This document shows positions 59,078 through 64,000 of a stretch of 64,000 bases of DNA, in pieces. Origin of the DNA: Candidatus Cloacimonadales bacterium (GTDB lineage Bacteria > Cloacimonadota > Cloacimonadia > Cloacimonadales > JAIOQZ01); the NCBI GenBank assembly GCA_963665815.1, contig OY762463.1, positions 704,001 to 768,000 on the forward strand. Direction: 5' to 3'. The notes under the pieces were generated by a model, which saw nothing but the letters and a program-made list of their open reading frames with translations, ran no database searches and was not told where the DNA came from. Made by a program: the position numbers and the translations under genes. Numbering within the stretch: the first letter of the stretch is position 1; each line of letters begins with the position of its first letter.

Positions 59078-59969
59078 AATTTATTTTCCTTTTGTAGATA
59101 TTTTTTATTCCAGTTTCAAAATTTACTTTTGCTTCCCAATCCGGTATCGGTTTTCCCGGAAATTCAGGCTTCATAAATTCCATTTCCCTGTACGGGAAAG
59201 CACCCCAATCTATATTTAGTTTCACATTAAGGGTTTTTTCAAAAATTTCTGCATACTCCCTGAGTGTTTTTTCTTCAATTGCCGAAAGGTGATAAACTCC
59301 ACCATTCTCAATCCTGCTATCATCAGCACTAAGCAATTCTGTCATTTTTTTGTATGCTCTAACAATATCCTCAACATAGTGAAGACTTAGCTTCTGACCA
59401 CCCGGTGACATTTTCAGTTTACGCTCTGTATCTGCAATATCAAACCAAAGGTTGATCAGTTTAGACCTTACATCATCAGGTCCATAGTTATCACCCAGTC
59501 TGACAGTTACAAACTTCAAAGAATTGTTTCGGTAATATGAGACTGCAATATCCTCTAATGCCTGCTTTGTTGCGGCATAGAGATTCACAGGATAATAGAC
59601 TTCACCTTCAAAATTCTGCCAGTAGCTTCCGGTGTTTATAAACCACTTGACGTTATCAGAAACGGCATAATCAAGCAGCCAGGTTGGAAAAAGTACATTA
59701 GCCCTGATAATAGACTCGATTTGCTCATATTTATGTTTATTCACAACTTGAGATGCAAGATGAATTATTCCCTCAGGAGAAAAATTCTTCAGATGTTTCA
59801 GCAATGACTCAGATTGTCCATTCCAGACAAACAAATCAACTGACATATCATTAAAGAATTCAAGTGATTCTCCAGGCAGGCATATTCCTGAGATTTCATG
59901 ATCTCTGCAAAGAGATTCTGCAACATGTTTTCCGATAAATCCGGTTATTCCGGTAATAAGTATTTTCAT
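59070..59969 (-). CDS. NAD-dependent sugar 4-reductase, CDP-abequose/paratose synthase (RfbJ/Prt)-like
   Basis: ITGITGFIG, IHLAS, FINTGS, YAATK, YGPDD.R.K, WGA.PYR..E; located between rfbG and rfbH. Confidence 0.75.
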   Translation of the reverse strand: MKILITGITGFIGKHVAESLCRDHEISGICLPGESLEFFNDMSVDLFVWNGQSESLLKHLKNFSPEGIIHLASQVVNKHKYEQIESIIRANVLFPTWLLDYAVSDNVKWFINTGSYWQNFEGEVYYPVNLYAATKQALEDIAVSYYRNNSLKFVTVRLGDNYGPDDVRSKLINLWFDIADTERKLKMSPGGQKLSLHYVEDIVRAYKKMTELLSADDSRIENGGVYHLSAIEEKTLREYAEIFEKTLNVKLNIDWGAFPYREMEFMKPEFPGKPIPDWEAKVNFETGIKNIYKRKINYE

Positions 59970-60004
59970 AGAGATCCAACCAGATAATATTTTTATAAAT
60001 CTAA

Positions 60005-60116
60005 AAATCTCTGCATAATTGGGATAGTTGACCCGATTTTGTAATTCATCAAATTCTGACTAAAAATACGCTTCACTATATCTAAGCTATTTGATTCTGT
60101 TATTATGCAAAAATCT
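60005..60116 (-). repeat. Solitary, shortened homolog of the 152-bp array unit, inverted orientation
   Basis: Minus strand TTTTGCATA..AATCAAATAGCTT..TATAGT..AATTTGATGAA..AAAATCGGGTCAACTATC..TATGCAGAG aligns colinearly with the array unit. Confidence 0.8.
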
Positions 60117-60126
60117 CAAATCTATA

Positions 60127-61224
60127 CTATTTTGTCCAGGCAATGTTCTTTGATACGGCAGTGTTCAGAAATTCATTCAGATCTGATTCAGTACTGATAA
60201 CACCGTTTTCATAATAGTTCTTATACCATTCGACAGTTTTTCTGAAAGTATCTTCGGCATTCCAGACACTTTTCCAGTTGAGTTTATGGTTTGCCTTCGA
60301 ACAATCAAGTTTCAGCAATCCTGCTTCATGAGGGATGTCATCCAGATTAAGCAGTGTATAGTTAATTTTATCCCAGTATTTTCCGGAATACTCCACAACA
60401 CTTTTAACTGTAATTGTTCCTTCCTGATCAGGTCCAAAGTTCCAGGCTTCTGCAAAGCTTTCTTTTTCTTCGAGGAGTTTCTGACCCAGCATCAGGTAAC
60501 CACTCAGAGGTTCCAGTACATGCTGCCACGGTCTTGTTGCATAAGGACTTCTTATCACAACTTTTTCACCAACAGAAGCAGCTCGCATGATATCAGGAAC
60601 AAGTCTGTCAAGAGCCCAGTCTCCACCACCGATTACATTTCCAGCTCTACTGCTTGCTAAAAGAAGATTATGGTCTTTTTTGTATTTACTGATATTAAAG
60701 AAAGAATTTCTGTATGCAGATGTTACAAGTTCAGAACAACCTTTTGAAACAGAATACGGATCATAGCCACCAACTGGATCATTTTCTCTGTATCCCCAAA
60801 CCCACTCTTTATTTTCGTAGCATTTGTCGCTTGTAATATTCACTATAGCTTTAACAGAATTAGTATTCCTTGCAGCTTCAAAAACATTTGCTGTACCAAT
60901 AATGTTTACTTCGAGAGTCTCTACCGGAATGCTGTAAGAAAGTCTTACTAGTGGCTGAGCAGCTAAGTGAAAAATTATTTCGGGTTCAAATTCACAGATT
61001 GTACTTTCAATAAGTTCCTTGTTTCGAACGTCGCCAATAACAGTTTTAATGTCAAGATTCAGAAGCTCGAAGTGGCTGGGATCTGTAGGTGCTTCGAGAG
61101 AATAACCCAGAATCTCAGCTCCCATATTTTTTAACCAGAAACATAACCAGGAACCTTTAAATCCCGTATGACCTGTTACAAGTACTTTTCTCCCTTTATA
61201 TATGTTGTTAAAATATTTACTCAA
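60127..61224 (-). CDS. rfbG: CDP-glucose 4,6-dehydratase
   Basis: VLVTGHTGFKGSWL, HLAAQPLVR.SY, ITSDKCYEN, GGYDPYS.SK, RAGNVIGGGDW, RPWQHVLEPLSGY, PHEA..LKLD.SKA. Confidence 0.96.
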   Translation of the reverse strand: MSKYFNNIYKGRKVLVTGHTGFKGSWLCFWLKNMGAEILGYSLEAPTDPSHFELLNLDIKTVIGDVRNKELIESTICEFEPEIIFHLAAQPLVRLSYSIPVETLEVNIIGTANVFEAARNTNSVKAIVNITSDKCYENKEWVWGYRENDPVGGYDPYSVSKGCSELVTSAYRNSFFNISKYKKDHNLLLASSRAGNVIGGGDWALDRLVPDIMRAASVGEKVVIRSPYATRPWQHVLEPLSGYLMLGQKLLEEKESFAEAWNFGPDQEGTITVKSVVEYSGKYWDKINYTLLNLDDIPHEAGLLKLDCSKANHKLNWKSVWNAEDTFRKTVEWYKNYYENGVISTESDLNEFLNTAVSKNIAWTK

Positions 61225-61236
61225 AAGAACTCCTGT

Positions 61237-62010
61237 TTATTCCCAGACTTTCCAGAATGCATTATGATTATTCCAAAGCTTGTTCAAGTGATTAAGATCA
61301 CGTTCAGTATCAACACATTCCCAGCTTCCGAAATGCTTATAGACCATTATTTGACCTTCTTTAGCAAGAATATCAAACGGTCCGTATTCAAGATCACATT
61401 TTTCGTCTGTCGTAAGATAATTAAGAAGCTCTTTATTGAATACCATGAAACCACCGTTAATAAGTCCGACAGATGTTTGTGGCTTTTCCTCAAACGAAAT
61501 CAGTTTTCCGTCTTCTTCAATGATTTCACCAAATCTTGCAGGAGGATGCACACCGCTGATTGTTATAATCTTGTTATGAGATTTGTGGTATTCCACAAGT
61601 TCTTTTATGTTAATATCAGCCACACCATCACCATAAGTAAGCATATTTATATCATCAAGATAGTTCTCAACACGTTTGATTCTGGCACCTTTTAAAGTAT
61701 CCAGACCAGTGTCTATAAGTGATATTTTCCAGTCTTTCTCAGTATGGGAATTATGTTTGACAATTTCTTTTGATCCAAGATCAATTGTATAATCATCACA
61801 GTATGCACTGTAATTGTAGAAATATTCTTTTATGTATTCGGCCTTATAGCCAAGCGATAAAATAAAATCGTTATATCCATAGTGAGAGTAAATTTTTAAT
61901 ATATGCCAAAGTATTGGTTTATTACCAACTTTAACCATAGGTTTTGGAATTGCTTCAGTAATATTACCTAATCTTGAACCATATCCGCCAGCAAGAATAA
62001 TAGTCTTCAT
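61237..62010 (-). CDS. rfbF: Glucose-1-phosphate cytidylyltransferase
   Basis: ILAGGYGSRL, PKPMV.VG.KPILWHI, LGYK..IKEYF, DTGLDT.KG.RIKR, LTYGDG, INGGFMV, W.C.DT.RD. Confidence 0.95.
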   Translation of the reverse strand: MKTIILAGGYGSRLGNITEAIPKPMVKVGNKPILWHILKIYSHYGYNDFILSLGYKAEYIKEYFYNYSAYCDDYTIDLGSKEIVKHNSHTEKDWKISLIDTGLDTLKGARIKRVENYLDDINMLTYGDGVADINIKELVEYHKSHNKIITISGVHPPARFGEIIEEDGKLISFEEKPQTSVGLINGGFMVFNKELLNYLTTDEKCDLEYGPFDILAKEGQIMVYKHFGSWECVDTERDLNHLNKLWNNHNAFWKVWE

Positions 62011-62409
62011 TTTTCCTCTTCCGATGTTTTTTTTGAATTTCGAATGTATGAAATGTTTAAAAAAGGAATCAAGTCAAGAAGTTTTAACATAAATAACATT
62101 CTTTGATCAGATAGTAGCAATCTGTATAAAAGAGTTTATGAACAAATCTGAAATTGATTGCAATATCAATAGAAATTGTTTAGATCATTTGTATTAGTCA
62201 TCTGTAATACAGACCTAATTCAAAAAAATTATTCATCTCAACTTTTTTTATTTACTCATGTCCTTTATAGCCTTTTCAGGTTTCTTAAAAAATTTTGTAC
62301 AAAGTATAGACCATTCTACAATATTATATATTTAAAAAATGAAAATGTCTTGCTATTAATTGAATTGAAAATATATTTTGCAATATAGTAAAATGTTTTG
62401 GGAGAGAAT

Positions 62410-63135
62410 ATGTTTTCAGATTACAATATCAAAATTTCTGATTCACTAATGCATAAATGGCAGAATATTATTGATATTATGGCTGAAATCCTTAATGTAC
62501 CTGCCGGATTGATCATGCGAATAAACAATGAAGATATTGAAGTTTTTCTGGCAAGTGCAACTGAAGGGAATCCTTATTCACCGGGAGACAAGGAATATCT
62601 ACCCGGATCAGGACTATATTGTGAAACCGTTATAAATACAGTAAATATGCTGCTTGTTCCAAATGCATTGAAAAGTGAAACATGGAAAAACAATCCGGAT
62701 ATCAAGCTCAATATGATATCCTATCTGGGATTCCCGATTTCATTTCCGGATAACACAGTTTTCGGTACAATTTGTGTTCTTGATAACAAAGAAAATGCTT
62801 ATTCAGATTTATATATTGATCTCATTAGAAAATTCCGAGACACAATCAATACCGATCTGGAACTAATATATGTCAATCGTGAACTTGGACATGAAAACCA
62901 GAAACTTGTTGATTACGCAGAGGAAGTCAAAACACTCAGAGGTATGATTCCAATCTGTGCACGCTGTAAAAAGGTTAAAGGTAAGGATGACAGAGATTGG
63001 AAAAACATGCTCTCATATATCAAAAAGCACTCTGAAGCTCATTTTTCACATTTCCTGTGCAATGACTGCATACACGAACTGTATGGCGGTCAAGACTGGT
63101 TTGAACAAGTTAAAAATCAATTCCCTTCGGATTAA
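62410..63135 (+). CDS. GAF-domain protein with C-terminal CxxC...CxxC domain
   Basis: KWQ.I.D..A, GLYCETV, L.VPNA..W..NPD..LNMISYLGFPI..P...FGTICVLD; C-terminal IPICARCKK...W...FSH.LC.DC. Confidence 0.85.
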   Translation: MFSDYNIKISDSLMHKWQNIIDIMAEILNVPAGLIMRINNEDIEVFLASATEGNPYSPGDKEYLPGSGLYCETVINTVNMLLVPNALKSETWKNNPDIKLNMISYLGFPISFPDNTVFGTICVLDNKENAYSDLYIDLIRKFRDTINTDLELIYVNRELGHENQKLVDYAEEVKTLRGMIPICARCKKVKGKDDRDWKNMLSYIKKHSEAHFSHFLCNDCIHELYGGQDWFEQVKNQFPSD

Positions 63136-63605
63136 ATCATATAGTAAGATTGGATGCAATAATGAAAATGTTTATTGTTCTATTAAACTTGAATCACAAT
63201 TAAGAAAATATAAGAAATTGATTAACGCAATGGAAGAAATGTCTGCAAGTCACAATTTTTTCAATTCTTTCTGAGTCATTAAATCCGATAACTCTACCGA
63301 ACATATCAGGGACAACTTTGGAAGCTTTATTAAACCTATTGATTGCGTGTTTGAGCAGGCCTGGCAGATGAATGTGCATGGAGAAACTTGAATCCTGACG
63401 ATTCATCATGGATAATGCAAAACTTCGAGTGAGAATTAAAAACTACTAAACTTAAATCCCTTATATTTTTTCCTTTACAAATAATTATCAATTAAGTATC
63501 TTAAGCTAAAATCTTAAACGAACAGCATTAACGTAGCAAAACTGTTTCTATTGCTTTTATCACGGGAAAAAGTTGGGATTCCCATAAAAAAAAAGGGATA
63601 TTACA

Positions 63606-64000
63606 ATGAGAATTTTATTTGTATTTTATGTGTTACTTGTTTTTACTTTTACACTATCTGCCAATATAATAAACATTCCTAATGACTACTCCTCAATTCA
63701 ACTTGGGATTGATGCATCAGTAGATGGAGATACAGTTCTGGTTCAACCCGCAATCTATTCAGAAGGAATCAATTTTAACGGCAAGAACATTATTGTGGCC
63801 TCTCTTTTTCTGACAACTGCTGATTCTTCATATATTGATAATACACTCATCGAAGGTGGTACTATTAATACTTGTGCAGTTTTCGAAAATGGAGAAGATT
63901 CAACTGCAGCATTAATCGGTTTTACATTATTCAAGGGGTATTCACAACTAAACGGTGGTGGTGTAAGAATTGAAAATTCATCCCCCACACTGTCTCATCT
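63606..64000 (+). CDS. Secreted right-handed beta-helix (DUF1565-like) protein, N-terminal part; runs off the window end
   Basis: Not in the ORF track. Translated by hand: MRILFVFYVLLVFTFTLSA NIINIPNDYSSIQLGIDASVDGDTVLVQPAIYSEGINFNGKNIIVASLFLTT...GFTL..G...GGGV.I..SSPTL. Confidence 0.85.
   Translation, partial: MRILFVFYVLLVFTFTLSANIINIPNDYSSIQLGIDASVDGDTVLVQPAIYSEGINFNGKNIIVASLFLTTADSSYIDNTLIEGGTINTCAVFENGEDSTAALIGFTLFKGYSQLNGGGVRIENSSPTLSH

Noticed and set aside
62115-62215. Possible further copy of the 152-bp element upstream of rfbF (TCTGTAT...ATACAGA inverted repeat)
   Set aside because: Only short matches in AT-rich DNA; the diagnostic GTCAACTAT and TTGATGAA blocks are absent.
63200-63430. 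69-aa minus ORF or possible pseudogene fragment
   Set aside because: No recognisable homology or RBS; insufficient support.

Overview
AT-rich bacterial chromosomal window. Several secreted proteins end in an (N)YPNP...IYN(M/I)KGQK(V/I)K FlgD-Ig/T9SS-like tail, which suggests Cloacimonadota or a related FCB-group lineage (inference only). Housekeeping and metabolic genes include a partial GH2 beta-galactosidase, a GH29 fucosidase, typA, yycJ-like and yhaM-like genes, an ALDH7-type aldehyde dehydrogenase and thiS-thiG-thiH. Larger loci are a five-gene synthase-dependent exopolysaccharide operon (GT2, Ig lipoprotein, TPR/beta-barrel, GH-deacetylase, deacetylase), two tandem secreted Ntn-hydrolase/FG-GAP/FlgD paralogs, three tandem Cys-rich PAS histidine kinases, an ABC ATPase with an ABC-permease/M1-peptidase fusion, and a CDP-3,6-dideoxyhexose (rfbFG-J-H) cluster. 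The strongest unexplained signals are non-coding. (1) Three 150-bp palindromic repeats with periodic GATT/AATC arms bracket a GxxExxY PD-(D/E)XK nuclease gene (53685-54603). (2) A 6-unit tandem array of 152-bp hairpin elements (55040-55945) has a shorter, diverged, inverted copy inside the rfb operon (60005-60116). (3) A Moco/tungsten-cofactor riboswitch-like RNA lacking P3 lies upstream of a cofactor-independent NAD-aldehyde dehydrogenase. (4) A duplicated structured leader with GGA loops precedes the two Ntn/FG-GAP genes. No rRNA, tRNA, CRISPR, transposase or integrase was recognised. All calls come from reading the sequence; no searches were run.
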